A stretch of DNA of 64,000 bases from Candidatus Limnocylindrales bacterium (GTDB lineage: Bacteria > Chloroflexota > Limnocylindria > Limnocylindrales > CSP1-4): assembly GCA_051306295.1 (NCBI GenBank), contig JBPPMZ010000069.1:17998-81997 (forward strand), written 5' to 3'. The notes beneath the pieces are model-generated. The model saw only the letters and a list, made by a program, of their open reading frames with translations. It searched no databases and was not told where the DNA came from. Both the position numbers and the translations under genes were made by a program. Position 1 is the first letter of the stretch; every line of letters begins with the position of its first letter. This document shows, one piece after another, positions 54,356 through 64,000 of the stretch.

Positions 54356-54739
54356 CCGACCTCGAGCGGATCGAGACGGCCGTGGATCCGCGTGATCTGC
54401 CCGGGCCATTCCGGCACCGCGTCACCAACGACGTGCGCTTCGCCGACACGGACGCGATGGGCCACGTCAACAACGCGGTGTACCTGACCTACTGCGAGAC
54501 GGCCCGCATCCGCTACTGGACCGACGTGACGGGGGAGCCGGTCGCGGCCCGCCACCACGGGGCGGAGAGCCTGATCCTGGCCGAGGCGCGCATCACCTAC
54601 CGGGCCCAGCGTTCCACACGGATCTGGTCACCGTCGAGACGCGAGCGACGCACATCGGCCGGACGAGCTTCACCCTGGAGCACCGGCTCACGGCTCGGGC
54701 GGAGGGCGGCCCGGCGCGCCTCATCGCGGTCTGCGACTA
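54352..54739 (+). pseudogene. 4HBT (YbgC-like) acyl-CoA thioesterase interrupted by a -1 frameshift in a C-run near 54605-54607
   Basis: Frame 1 gives the thioesterase N-half up to ITYRA. The +2 frame continues PAFHTDLVTVETRATHIGRTSFTLEHRL ... AVCD*. Frame 1 after the shift is Arg-rich nonsense. Confidence 0.6.
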
Positions 54740-54906
54740 GGTCGAGTCGATCGTCAGGTCATCCGGCGGCCCGCGTCGCCGCCTGGACGCGCGCTGTAAC
54801 GCCGAGGGATGGTGCCGACATGGACACCGGCCGATCATGCCCCGGTCAAGCCAGATGGGCTGGCTGATCCGCTCGCTGGCGGGTCAGACGCAAGCCGCCA
54901 GAGCGG

Positions 54907-56172
54907 CTAGTCCGTGACCCGGCGGAAGATGGCCACGGCGTTCTGGCCACCGAACCCGAAGCCGTCGATAGCGACGGTGTCAACCTTCGCTCTGCGGGCC
55001 GTAAGCGGCACGTAGTCCAGGTCGCAGTCCGGGTCGGGCGTGTGGAGGTTCGCCGTCGGCGGGATGATGCCATCGCGGATGGCCCCGATGCCGGCCAGCG
55101 CCGAGGCCACCCCGGCCGCGCCGACGAGGTGCCCGATCATCGACTTGGGCGAACTGATCGCGACTTTGTAGGCGTGCGCTCCGTAGGCCGCCTTGATCGC
55201 TCGCGTCTCGGTGGCGTCGTTGAGCGGCGTGGCGGTCCCATGGGCGACGATATAGTCGATCTCGTCCGGCGCCACATCGGCGTCGCGCAGCGCGTTGGTC
55301 ATGGCGCGGGTCTGGCCACGGCCCGTGGGCTCCGGGGCGCTGATGTGGAACGCGTCAGCGGTCAGCGACGCGCCGAGGACCTCCACGATCGGGGTCGCGC
55401 CACGAGACAGGGCGTGCTCCAGGGACTCTACGACGCAGACCCCACCACCCTCGCCCAGGACGAACCCATCACGGGTCAGGTCGAACGGGCGGGACGCCGT
55501 CTCGGGTGACTCGTTGCGCTTTGATAGGGCGGTCATGTTGGCCAGCGCCGCCACGCCCATCGGCCAGATGGGCGCCTCCGTACCACCCGTGACGACGACA
55601 TCGCACTCCCCGGTGCGGATGAGTCGGAGTGCGTCCTGGAACGCGATCACGGAGGTCGCGCACGCGGCGACCTGGGTCATGACCGGACCGGTCAGGCCCC
55701 ACTCCATGGACAGCATCGCGGCACCCATCGAGCCCGACAGGGCCGGGACCGTGAACGGCGAGACGAAGCGCGGACCCTTGGTGTCGTGGACGTGGGTGCC
55801 GTCGATGATCTGCTCGATGCCGCCGCCGCCGGTATTGACGACGACACCCACGCGATCGCGCTGCTCCGGGCTCATCGCCGCGAAGTCGATGCCGCTGTCG
55901 GCGACGGCTTCCTTGCCGGCCGCCATCGCGAAGTGGATGAAGCGACTCATCCGGCGGGCCATCTTGGCGTCCATGTACTTCGTCGGCTCGAAGTCGATGA
56001 CCTCGGCCGCGATGCGCACCTCGTGGGCGGCGGCGTCGAAGCTGCGGATCAGGCGCGTGCCGGTGACCCCGGCCTGCAGGTTCGCCCAGTAGGTGGGAAA
56101 GTCATTGCCGATGGGCATCACGGCACCCAGGCCGGTGATCACGGCGCGGCGGGCAGGGTCTCGTTCAGGCAT
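54907..56172 (-). CDS. fabF: 3-oxoacyl-ACP synthase II (KAS II)
   Basis: Active-site Cys (ACATS), His-His motifs. Confidence 0.9.
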   Translation of the reverse strand: MPERDPARRAVITGLGAVMPIGNDFPTYWANLQAGVTGTRLIRSFDAAAHEVRIAAEVIDFEPTKYMDAKMARRMSRFIHFAMAAGKEAVADSGIDFAAMSPEQRDRVGVVVNTGGGGIEQIIDGTHVHDTKGPRFVSPFTVPALSGSMGAAMLSMEWGLTGPVMTQVAACATSVIAFQDALRLIRTGECDVVVTGGTEAPIWPMGVAALANMTALSKRNESPETASRPFDLTRDGFVLGEGGGVCVVESLEHALSRGATPIVEVLGASLTADAFHISAPEPTGRGQTRAMTNALRDADVAPDEIDYIVAHGTATPLNDATETRAIKAAYGAHAYKVAISSPKSMIGHLVGAAGVASALAGIGAIRDGIIPPTANLHTPDPDCDLDYVPLTARRAKVDTVAIDGFGFGGQNAVAIFRRVTD

Positions 56173-56205
56173 CGTCGCGGATTGTAGTCGCCGCAGGGAC
56201 GGCGA

Positions 56206-57480
56206 TCAGTCGCCGTCGTAGCGCTTGAAGATGACGGCGCCGTTGTGGCCACCCAGGCCGATGTTGTTCGACAGGGCGTAGCGGATCGGCTGGGCCTGCG
56301 TCTCGGCGACAACCCACAGGTCGCAATCCGGGTCGTAGTCGCGGTAGTTGATGGTGCCGGGGACGCACTGCTGCGCGACGGACATGACCGTCGCGAACGC
56401 CTCGAACGCCCCGGCCGCGCCCATCATGTGGCCGGTCATCGACTTGGTGCCGCTGATCGCCAGCGAGTGCGCATCGCGCGATGAACGCGACCCGAACACG
56501 GCCCAGATCGCTTCCGCCTCGCGCTTGTCACCGAGCGGGGTGGACGTGCCATGCGGATTGATGAGATCGACCTCGTCGGCCGGGACCCCGCGACGCTCCA
56601 GGGCCATGTTCATCGCCCGGGCGGAGCCGACGCCGGCCTCGATCGGCTGGACCATGTCCCAGCCGTCGGCAGCCGACCCGTAGCCGACGACCTCGGCGTA
56701 GATGTGGGCACCGCGCGCCTTGGCCAACTCGAGATCCTCCAGGAACAGCGAGCCCGCGCCCTCGCCCAGGACGAATCCGTCCCGGCTGGCGTCGAACGGC
56801 CGGGACACGGTCGCGATGGACTCGCCCGGCCGGGGCAGGCCCATGCCGCGCATGTTGCTGAAGCCGGCGTGGGCCACCTCCAGCAGGGGCGCCTCCGTCG
56901 AGCCCGCGATGACAGCCACGCAGTCGCCGCGGCGGATCGCCTCGGCCGCCTCGCCGACGTTGTGTGTGCCGGTGGCGCACGCGGAGACGACGCAGATGTT
57001 GTGCCCGATCGCGCCGGTCTCGATGGCGATCATCCCTGAGCAGCTGTCGACCAGCGCGTTGGCGATGAACGTCGGCGCGACGGTCCGGGCACCGCGGTCG
57101 TGGAGGGAGATGTAGTTGTCCACGAACAGCTGCTGACCACCAGCCCCGGAGCCGAAGACGACGCCGACCTCCGTGCGGTTCTCGTCGGTCAGCTCGAAGC
57201 CGGAGTCGGCGAGGGCCTGCTTGGCCGCTGCGACGCCGAAGTGCAGGCTCGACTCGCTCCGTCGTGCCGCCTTGGGATCCATCCATGCCTTGGCGTCGAA
57301 ATCGTGGACCTCGCCGGCGGCCTTGGCCTCGTACGGGCTCGGGTCGAAGTGGGTGATGGTGTCCAGGCCGGACACGCCGTTCACGAGATTCGCCCAGGCC
57401 GTGGCCTTGTCGTTACCGACGGGGCTGATGACCCCGAGTCCGGTGACGACGACGCGCCGGTCGTAGTCGGGTCGACGCAT
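56206..57480 (-). CDS. 3-oxoacyl-ACP synthase (KAS I/II paralog)
   Basis: 424 aa, paralog of downstream KAS. Confidence 0.9.
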   Translation of the reverse strand: MRRPDYDRRVVVTGLGVISPVGNDKATAWANLVNGVSGLDTITHFDPSPYEAKAAGEVHDFDAKAWMDPKAARRSESSLHFGVAAAKQALADSGFELTDENRTEVGVVFGSGAGGQQLFVDNYISLHDRGARTVAPTFIANALVDSCSGMIAIETGAIGHNICVVSACATGTHNVGEAAEAIRRGDCVAVIAGSTEAPLLEVAHAGFSNMRGMGLPRPGESIATVSRPFDASRDGFVLGEGAGSLFLEDLELAKARGAHIYAEVVGYGSAADGWDMVQPIEAGVGSARAMNMALERRGVPADEVDLINPHGTSTPLGDKREAEAIWAVFGSRSSRDAHSLAISGTKSMTGHMMGAAGAFEAFATVMSVAQQCVPGTINYRDYDPDCDLWVVAETQAQPIRYALSNNIGLGGHNGAVIFKRYDGD

Positions 57481-57505
57481 GGGTAGGGATTCCTCCTGGT
57501 GACGG

Positions 57506-58468
57506 TCAGGCCGGCTCGGGGCCCAGGGCGATGAGGCGATCGAGCGAGGCGGGATCGTCGGCGGGGACGACCTCCGCTTCGGGGGCGATGCGCTTGATGA
57601 GGCCGGTCAGGACCTTGCCCGGTCCGACCTCGATGAAGGTGGTCACGCCGGCGTCGGTCATCCGTCGGACGGCCCCGACCCAGTCCACCCCGGCGGTCAG
57701 GTGCTCGACGAGTTCGGCGCGACAGCGGTCCGCGGTGGTGATGACGTGACTGTCGGCGTTGGCCAGCAGCGGGCTCGTCGGATCGTGGAAGGCGATGCTG
57801 GCGAGGGTCTCGCGCATCGCGTCCGCAGCCTCCGCCATGAGCGGGGAGTGGGCCGCGACGCTCACCGGCAGGACGATGGCGCGCTTGGCACCGAGCTCCT
57901 TCGCGAGCGTCGCGCCGGCCTCGATCGCGGCTCGCTCTCCCGACACGACGACCTGCCCAGGCGCGTTGCGGTTCGCGACGACGAACGTGCCGTGGGCTGA
58001 GGCGCCGGCGACCAGCTCCGGCAGCCGCGCGTCGTCCAGTCCGATGAGCGCGGCCATGGCCCCATCGCGACCCTGACCGGAGGCCTGCATGAGCTCGCCA
58101 CGCCGTCGCACCAGGCGGACGCCGTCCTCCATGGACAACGCGCCGGCCGCCACCAAGGCGGAGTACTGGCCCATCGAGTGGCCGGCGAAGAACGCCGGTG
58201 TCGGCGCCGTGTGGCCGGACGCGGCCCATCGTTCACGAAGGGCCTGCAGGATCGCGATGGAGGTGGCCAGCAGGGCCGGTTGGGCGTTCTCCGTGAGGTC
58301 CAGGCGCTCCGCCGGCCCGTCCCAGGCCAGGGCGCTGATGGCCTCCCCGAGCGCGGCGTCAGCGGTGGTGAAGACGGTCGCGGCCGCGGGCGAGGACGCG
58401 GCGAGGTCCCGGCCCATGCCCACGCTCTGCGAGCCCTGGCCGGGAAACACGAAGGCGATCGATGACAT
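57506..58468 (-). CDS. fabD: Malonyl CoA-ACP transacylase
   Basis: GHSMGQY nucleophile motif. ATG at 58468. Confidence 0.9.
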   Translation of the reverse strand: MSSIAFVFPGQGSQSVGMGRDLAASSPAAATVFTTADAALGEAISALAWDGPAERLDLTENAQPALLATSIAILQALRERWAASGHTAPTPAFFAGHSMGQYSALVAAGALSMEDGVRLVRRRGELMQASGQGRDGAMAALIGLDDARLPELVAGASAHGTFVVANRNAPGQVVVSGERAAIEAGATLAKELGAKRAIVLPVSVAAHSPLMAEAADAMRETLASIAFHDPTSPLLANADSHVITTADRCRAELVEHLTAGVDWVGAVRRMTDAGVTTFIEVGPGKVLTGLIKRIAPEAEVVPADDPASLDRLIALGPEPA

Positions 58469-58701
58469 CGAGGCGAAGCGTAGTCGCGCGGTGCGGGATG
58501 GGGCCGATTCCGGTGCACGCCTGCACGCGAATCGCACTACGCTTATGGCCGATGACCGAGCACCGTCGCCCCTCGCGCCTGTCCGCCCGACCAGCACCGG
58601 CCCGGGCGATCGCCCGACGGTTCGAAGCGGATCTTTCGGCTCCCGTGCTCGCTGCAGGACAGCGGATCCAGAACGTGCGCCAGATCAGCGAGCGAGTCGC
58701 G

Positions 58702-59139
58702 ATGGGTCGCGCCTTGTGGCGCGAGCTGGTCATCGGGTTCGCCAGCCAACTCGGGGACCTCCGCCTGGGTTTCACGCAGCTCGCCGCGCTGTACGTCCTG
58801 GCCGACGGCAGCACCCTGACGATCGGCGAACTGGCCGAGTCGATCAATCGGTCGCCATCCGCGACGAGCCGACTCATCGATGGCCTCGTCAAGCGGCGCC
58901 TCGTCGAGCGGCGGGCGGAGGAAGAGGACCGGCGCCAGAAGACGCTCCGCCTGACGCCGCGGGGCCACGCGGTCCTGCGGGTGGTGGACCGCGCCCGCGC
59001 CGAACAGTTCCTGTCCGCCGTCCGCCCGTTGCCGACGGCCGAGCGCGCGATCGTGGCGATGGGTGTGGCCGCCCTGGCCACCCACGCCATCAGCCGGCGG
59101 GGCCGGTTGATCAAGGCGACGCGCGACCCGGGCACCTGA
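58702..59139 (+). CDS. MarR family transcriptional regulator, divergent from the fab operon
   Basis: Winged HTH LTIGELAESINRSPSATSRLIDGL. Start could be further upstream (GTG 58675 or ATG 58552). Confidence 0.65.
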   Translation: MGRALWRELVIGFASQLGDLRLGFTQLAALYVLADGSTLTIGELAESINRSPSATSRLIDGLVKRRLVERRAEEEDRRQKTLRLTPRGHAVLRVVDRARAEQFLSAVRPLPTAERAIVAMGVAALATHAISRRGRLIKATRDPGT

Positions 59140-59163
59140 GGCGGGGACGCCAGCCCGCGCCGG

Positions 59164-59394
59164 TCAGCGGTCGGACGTGGTGGAGTCGGTGGGCTCCTCG
59201 ATCAGCGCGATGCCATCGCGAGCGAGCAGGTCGCTCGCCCAGGCGATCGCGGTCTCGATGTCGATGACGCTCAGGCGGTCGTCGTCGCCGTGCTGGGCAT
59301 AGGCGTCGCGAAGGCTGCACAGGCGTTCGAAGTGCTTCCGTCGTGCGTAGCGGTCCATCGTGATCTCCCTACCCTGTGGTGACGTCGCCACCAT
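59164..59394 (-). CDS. Hypothetical small protein (76 aa)
   Basis: ORF only. Confidence 0.3.
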   Translation of the reverse strand: MVATSPQGREITMDRYARRKHFERLCSLRDAYAQHGDDDRLSVIDIETAIAWASDLLARDGIALIEEPTDSTTSDR

Positions 59395-59504
59395 CGACGT
59401 TGACTTTGGGTCGGAGAGGCGGGGGTGCCATCGGGCGGCGCCTTATCGCTCGTGGCCCAGCCACCAGAACCTTGAGCGGCCGCCGCGTCGCATCGCCTTA
59501 TCGC

Positions 59505-60935
59505 TCAGGCGCAGAAGCGGCGGACCACGTCGTACAGGACCGGCAGGCCAAACCGGAGCGCGTCGAGCGAGACCCGCTCATCGACGCCGTGGAAGCGCTC
59601 CAGGAAGCGCTCATCCGGGTCCAGGCGGAGCGGGGAGAAGCCGTAGGTCGGCGTACCGAGCGGGATGGTCGTCTTGGCGTCGGTCGCGAACGGGGCCATG
59701 ACCGGCAGGGGGATGCCGTCGGGATCGTGGTCCCGAAGCGTCGCCACGAGGACGTCCCAGAGCGGACCCTCCGCGGGTGAGGCCACGGGCGCGCCCCAGA
59801 CCATCAGCTCGATGGTGCACGCGGGCAGGAGATCGGCCCCGATGCGCTCCTCGACGATGGCCCGGATCTCCGGCTCGGTCATGCCGGGTAGCACGCGGCA
59901 GTCGATCTCGATCGTGGCATCGCCCGGGATGACGTTGTATTTCACGCCGGTGTGGATGACGTCGGGCGAGATGGTATCGCGGATGAGCGCTCGCAGAGCA
60001 CGGGCGTACATCGGGTCGCACAGCGCGTCGATCAGGCGGTCCGCGTCGGGTTCACCGGCGGCGATCCGTCGAAGGGCCGCGCCGGCGTCACCGGGCAGGG
60101 CGTCCGCGGTCGCCGCCAGGAAGCGGGCCATCACCTCCGTCACCCGCACGGGCCCCGGGACGGCGAGCCGTTCCACGATCCGCGCGGCCAGGACCGCGGC
60201 GTTGTCCTCGCGTGGCATCGACCCGTGGCCCCACGTCCCCGACACATGGATCCGGTACGGCGCAAAGCCCTTCTCGGCGACCTGGATCGGATAGAGCCGG
60301 CGTCCAAGCACCGTGACGGAGATGCCGCCGCACTCGTTGAGCGCCCCGGCCGCGCGCAGCCACTCCGGGTGGTGCGCTTCGACCGCCTTCACGCCCGCCG
60401 CCCCGCCGGCCTCCTCGTCGGAGGTGCAGGTGAACAGGACATCTCGGCGCAAGCCGGGGATGGGGTCACGGGCCGGATCCAGGCCGGCGGCCCGCGCTTC
60501 CGCGGCCAGCCGCTCCACCACCGCCAATTCCATGGCGACCATATCTTTCATGTCGACCGCGCCGCGCCCGACCACGTAGCCGTCCACGATCTCCGCGGCG
60601 AACGGGTCGTGGCTCCAGCGATCGGCAGGCGCCGGCACGACGTCCAGATGCGAGAGCAACAGCAGGGGATCGCCCCCGCTGCCGTCGCCGCGCAGCCGGG
60701 CGTGGACGGAGGCGCGCCCAGGGACCGTCTCGAGGACCTCGGGCTCCAGGCCGGCGGCCCGCAGGCGGGCCTCGAGATAGCGGGCGACGCGGGTCTCGCC
60801 GTCGGCGCCTGGCGTCGGCGGCGGGTTGACGGACGGGATGCGGATCAGGTCGCGCAGCGTCTCGACGAGATGATCGTGCGCCGCAGACCAGTCGGCCGCC
60901 GATACGGACGTGGACGGACGAACGGCCGTGGCCAT
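59505..60935 (-). CDS. M20 family metallopeptidase (dipeptidase/ArgE/DapE-like)
   Basis: HLDVVP, GAVDMKD, EEAGG motifs. Confidence 0.85.
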   Translation of the reverse strand: MATAVRPSTSVSAADWSAAHDHLVETLRDLIRIPSVNPPPTPGADGETRVARYLEARLRAAGLEPEVLETVPGRASVHARLRGDGSGGDPLLLLSHLDVVPAPADRWSHDPFAAEIVDGYVVGRGAVDMKDMVAMELAVVERLAAEARAAGLDPARDPIPGLRRDVLFTCTSDEEAGGAAGVKAVEAHHPEWLRAAGALNECGGISVTVLGRRLYPIQVAEKGFAPYRIHVSGTWGHGSMPREDNAAVLAARIVERLAVPGPVRVTEVMARFLAATADALPGDAGAALRRIAAGEPDADRLIDALCDPMYARALRALIRDTISPDVIHTGVKYNVIPGDATIEIDCRVLPGMTEPEIRAIVEERIGADLLPACTIELMVWGAPVASPAEGPLWDVLVATLRDHDPDGIPLPVMAPFATDAKTTIPLGTPTYGFSPLRLDPDERFLERFHGVDERVSLDALRFGLPVLYDVVRRFCA

Positions 60936-60936
60936 G

Positions 60937-61200
60937 TCAGCCGCCGCTGGTCGGCCCGACGAGGGCGAGGATCGTCCCGACGACGAACCCGGACGCGACG
61001 ATGGTCAGGACCATCGCGACGAGCAGTCGCCAGTAGCGTCGCTCTTCCGCGAGAGCCGGACCCGGGTGCGGGTCGTCGCCGCCGGCGATGTACGGCGCAT
61101 CGAGGCCCTTGGCTCGCGCCCGGACGGACCGTGGCGAGTCGTAGGCGTCGGGGTCTGCGGGCAGGTCCGGGGTGGGTCGCGCGTCGGTCACGAGGGTCAT
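60937..61200 (-). CDS. Small protein with C-terminal TM helix, hypothetical
   Basis: 87 aa. Start-stop overlap with M20 gene. Confidence 0.4.
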   Translation of the reverse strand: MTLVTDARPTPDLPADPDAYDSPRSVRARAKGLDAPYIAGGDDPHPGPALAEERRYWRLLVAMVLTIVASGFVVGTILALVGPTSGG

Positions 61201-61766
61201 GATGCCCCCTTGCCGCCCGTCGTGCTGTGGGGCAGGAAGAGGGGACCGCGCATCGTGACCTCGTCGGGCAGCGCCGCATAGCCCATCCGGCCATTGACCG
61301 CCCGCATCCCGGCGTTCTCCTCGTCATTGCCGGTCTCGAGGGCGGTGAGGCCGTGCTCGATCGCCCAGGCGATGGTCGCGACCTTGAGTGCCGTGGCGAT
61401 CCCACGACCTCGCCACGACCGGCGCACGGCCGTCATATCGTGCCAGGCCGCGGTCGTCGAGCCCGGGATCATCATCAGGCTGGCGTAGCCCACCACCTCA
61501 CCGGTCGTCTCGTCGAGCGCCACCTTGAACGCCCCTGGTGGGATGCCCGGTCGATCGACGTCCCGAGCGCGAAACTCCTGGAGGTCGCCGGCGGCCATCG
61601 GGTCGTCGCCGCCCGGGATGTCGTCGAACGCGTCGAGGGCCACGGCGTGGACACCGACGACGAGTTCCGGCCGTGCCTCGAGGTCCGTGAGCGCGACCAG
61701 GATCGCGAGGTCCGCCTCGCTCGTGGCCGGTCGGATCGTGACGGCGTCGATCACGCGTTCCTCCAT
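61197..61766 (-). CDS. GNAT family N-acetyltransferase
   Basis: RGRGIATALK motif. ATG at 61766. Confidence 0.7.
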   Translation of the reverse strand: MEERVIDAVTIRPATSEADLAILVALTDLEARPELVVGVHAVALDAFDDIPGGDDPMAAGDLQEFRARDVDRPGIPPGAFKVALDETTGEVVGYASLMMIPGSTTAAWHDMTAVRRSWRGRGIATALKVATIAWAIEHGLTALETGNDEENAGMRAVNGRMGYAALPDEVTMRGPLFLPHSTTGGKGAS

Positions 61767-62680
61767 GCCTCGCTCAGGGGCTTCGCGACCTCGCGGGCGA
61801 GAGCCTCCACGCCTGCGGCGCCCAGATCGGGTGGCAGGCCCAGGATGACGGCCGCCGCTCCCAGGCGGATGGCGTCGAGGGCCTGGTCCAGGGCCCACGC
61901 CCGATCCGCCGCCGTCCGACCGGTGCCGACCTGCGCGACGATGGCGAACCCGGCGGGATCGCGACCGGCATCGGCGAGGGCGGCCAGGATCGCGTCGCGG
62001 CGGTCGCTGAAGTAGTCGAGGTCGGCCGGCTGGCCAGGGCTGACGATCGAGGGCAGCAGCCAGCCATCGGCCACGGCCGCGGCCAACGCGATGCCTCGAC
62101 GCTTCTGACCGCCCAGGAAGAGCGGGGGGCCGCCGGCCGTCAGGGTCGGTGGTTGGTTCGTCGCGTCGGCCAGCGGATAGAACCGGTCGGGTCGGGTCAC
62201 GCCGGGAGTCGTCGCGGCCTCTGCGGACCACAGCGCGCGCAGGACGTGAACGGCCGACTCGAAGCGGTCGAAGCGTTCGGGCATCGGCGGCATCGGGATG
62301 CTGAACGGGAGGTGCTCGCCCTCGTGCCAGCCCGCCCCGAGCCCGACGATGAACCGACCACCCGTGGCGTGATCCATGACCGTGGCCGCCTTGGCCAGCA
62401 CGGCCGGGTGTCGGAACGTCGAGGACAGGACGGCGTGACCGACCCACTTCCCGGGCACGTGGTGGACCAGCGCGGCCATCGCGGTCAGCGCCTCCAGGCT
62501 GGGGCCGTGGAACTCGTGCGCGACATCGGTCAGGTGGTCGTTCATCCAGACCGAGTCGAAGACGTCGTGCTGCCCGATCTGGCGCCACGCGCCGTCCAGC
62601 GTCGCCCAGTCGACTGCCTGCGGGGAGGTCTTGATCCCGATCCGCAGGCCGGGGACCCGCGTGCGAACCTCAGCCGACAC
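61751..62680 (-). CDS. LLM-class (luciferase-like) F420/flavin-dependent oxidoreductase
   Basis: TIM-barrel LLM motifs. GTG start. Confidence 0.85.
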   Translation of the reverse strand: MSAEVRTRVPGLRIGIKTSPQAVDWATLDGAWRQIGQHDVFDSVWMNDHLTDVAHEFHGPSLEALTAMAALVHHVPGKWVGHAVLSSTFRHPAVLAKAATVMDHATGGRFIVGLGAGWHEGEHLPFSIPMPPMPERFDRFESAVHVLRALWSAEAATTPGVTRPDRFYPLADATNQPPTLTAGGPPLFLGGQKRRGIALAAAVADGWLLPSIVSPGQPADLDYFSDRRDAILAALADAGRDPAGFAIVAQVGTGRTAADRAWALDQALDAIRLGAAAVILGLPPDLGAAGVEALAREVAKPLSEAWRNA

Positions 62681-64000
62681 GCGGTGGGCGCGTGAGGTTC
62701 GCGGTCATCCGCGGTCCGGTCGTGACGGCTCCCTGGGACGCCGACCCGACGAGCGCCGCGTACTTGGCCATGACCCCACCCGGGTAGTTCGGGGAGCGCG
62801 GCGTCCAGGCCGCGAGCCGGCGGGCGACGACATCGGCGGGCACGTCGAGGTCGAGGGCCTTGCGATCGACGTCGATGATGATCGTGTCGCCCTCCTCGAC
62901 GATGGCGATGGGTCCGCCGAGGGCCGCTTCGGGCGCGATGTGGCCGATCATCAGGCCGTGGGTCCCACCGCTGAACCGGCCGTCGGTGATGAGCGCGACC
63001 GAGTCGCCCAGGCCCTCGCCGACCAGCGCGCCCGTCACGCTCAGCATCTCCTGCATGCCCGGCCCACCGACCGGGCCTTCCCAGCGGATCACCACGACAT
63101 CGCCCGGCTGGATGCGGCGATCGCGCACGGCCGCGTAGCACTCGGTCTCGGAGTCGAACACCCGCGCCGGCCCACGGTGGTGGCGTCGCTCGTGGCCGGC
63201 CAGCTTCACGACGCACCCGTCGGGGGCCAGTGTGCCGTGCAGGATGGCCAGGCCGCCGGTCGCCTTGAGCGGGGCGTCGATGGCGACGACGACCTGCTGG
63301 CCGTCGGCTTCGGGTGTCTCGGCGGCGATCCGCGCGATCGTCCGCCCATCGACCGTCGGGGCATCGCCGTGCAGGAGCCCAGGGCGCTTGAGCAGCTCGC
63401 GCATGACGAGGCCGACGCCGCCGGCGTCGTACATGTCGGCCGCGGTGTAGCGACCGCCAGGCTGCATGTCGGCGATGACCGGGGTGCGGTCGGCGATGGC
63501 CCCGAATTCGTCGATATCGAGGGCGATGCCGTACTCGTGGGCGATGGCCAGCAGATGCAGCACACCATTGGTCGAGCCACCCGTAGCCGCCACCGAAGCG
63601 ATGGCGTTCTCCAGGCTCTCGCGGGTCACGAAGCGCGACGGCCGAGCATCGGCGCGGACGAGGTCCATCACGAGCTCGCCGGACCGATAGGCAGCAGCGT
63701 CCTTGGCCGGATCCTCGGCCGGGATGCCGTTGAGCCCGGCGGGGGCGAGCCCGAGGAACTCCAGGGCGGTGGCCATCGTGTTGGCCGTGAACTGCCCACC
63801 GCACGCACCCGGGCCCGGGCACGCGAGTTGCTCCACCTCGTACAGCTCGTCGAGCGTGATCTTGCCCGCGCGGTACGCCCCGATGGCCTCGAAGACGCTG
63901 ACGACCGTCGCGTTGCGCCGGCCGCCGATCGTGCCCGGGTAGATCGTGCCGCTGTACAGGATCAACCCTGGGACATCCAGGCGACCCAGCGCCATCGCCG
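62670..64000 (-). CDS. ilvD: Dihydroxy-acid dehydratase. 5' end lies outside the window.
   Basis: ILVD/EDD family from the mid-region ([12 protein letters not shown] ...) to the C-terminus. The Met at 63995 is internal. Confidence 0.9.
   Translation of the reverse strand, partial: AMALGRLDVPGLILYSGTIYPGTIGGRRNATVVSVFEAIGAYRAGKITLDELYEVEQLACPGPGACGGQFTANTMATALEFLGLAPAGLNGIPAEDPAKDAAAYRSGELVMDLVRADARPSRFVTRESLENAIASVAATGGSTNGVLHLLAIAHEYGIALDIDEFGAIADRTPVIADMQPGGRYTAADMYDAGGVGLVMRELLKRPGLLHGDAPTVDGRTIARIAAETPEADGQQVVVAIDAPLKATGGLAILHGTLAPDGCVVKLAGHERRHHRGPARVFDSETECYAAVRDRRIQPGDVVVIRWEGPVGGPGMQEMLSVTGALVGEGLGDSVALITDGRFSGGTHGLMIGHIAPEAALGGPIAIVEEGDTIIIDVDRKALDLDVPADVVARRLAAWTPRSPNYPGGVMAKYAALVGSASQGAVTTGPRMTANLTRPPRVG

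Noticed and set aside
1-64000. CRISPR arrays, rRNA genes, transposase/integrase genes
   Set aside because: Not found. No regularly spaced short direct repeats with unique spacers, and no ORF with transposase/integrase motifs.

Overview
This is a very high-GC (about 70%) actinobacteria-like chromosomal window with tight operons, frequent GTGA/ATGA start-stop overlaps and several leaderless-looking promoters. Most of the window is housekeeping content.

**Main gene sets**
- Cytochrome aa3 oxidase cluster ctaC–ctaD–ctaE–ctaF-like–tlpA on the minus strand, with a divergent ctaG-like assembly gene.
- Spermidine/putrescine-type ABC importer potABCD.
- Ferredoxin, proC, an S9 peptidase, and a 2-oxoacid:ferredoxin oxidoreductase operon korAB flanked by CBS-domain genes.
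- A Crp–GAF–subtilisin operon, an MFS transporter fused to a cyclic-nucleotide-binding domain, ogt, a copper P-type ATPase (copA), a vapBC toxin–antitoxin pair, a fabD–KAS–KAS fatty-acid synthesis operon with a divergent MarR-type regulator, M20 and M24 peptidases, an LLM/F420-type oxidoreductase, and a partial ilvD at the right edge.
- One RNA gene: an initiator-type tRNA-Met (anticodon CAT) with a recognisable promoter and terminator.

**Unusual items found by reading the DNA**
- A family of about 123-bp elements with roughly 20-bp terminal inverted repeats (core TGAGTACCGG...CCGGTACTCA). There are three copies; two near-identical direct copies, 1 kb apart, bracket a single gene encoding an XRE-type HTH fused to a PD-(D/E)xK nuclease-fold domain.
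- A second, unrelated 138-bp repeat family packed with TGACC/GGTCA inverted half-sites. Two direct copies bracket a truncated gene beside the tRNA.
- Four cupredoxin (type-1 copper) domains: one fused to CoxB, one fused to a duplicated CtaF-like membrane module, one fused to the C-terminus of CopA, and one free lipoprotein.
- A 17-bp perfect palindrome ATACTCC-N3-GGAGTAT that overlaps a TATACT -10 box upstream of both copA and a small YHS metal-binding gene (a likely copper-responsive operator). The same -10 box without the palindrome drives proC.
- An in-frame chimeric remnant that fuses the N-terminus of an ABC ATPase to the C-terminus of an ABC-2 permease.
- A TlpA-like thioredoxin whose membrane anchor lies before any canonical start codon.
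- A 4HBT thioesterase with a homopolymer-run frameshift.
- Several small genes that the ORF track missed.

No CRISPR array, rRNA, or transposase/integrase gene was found.
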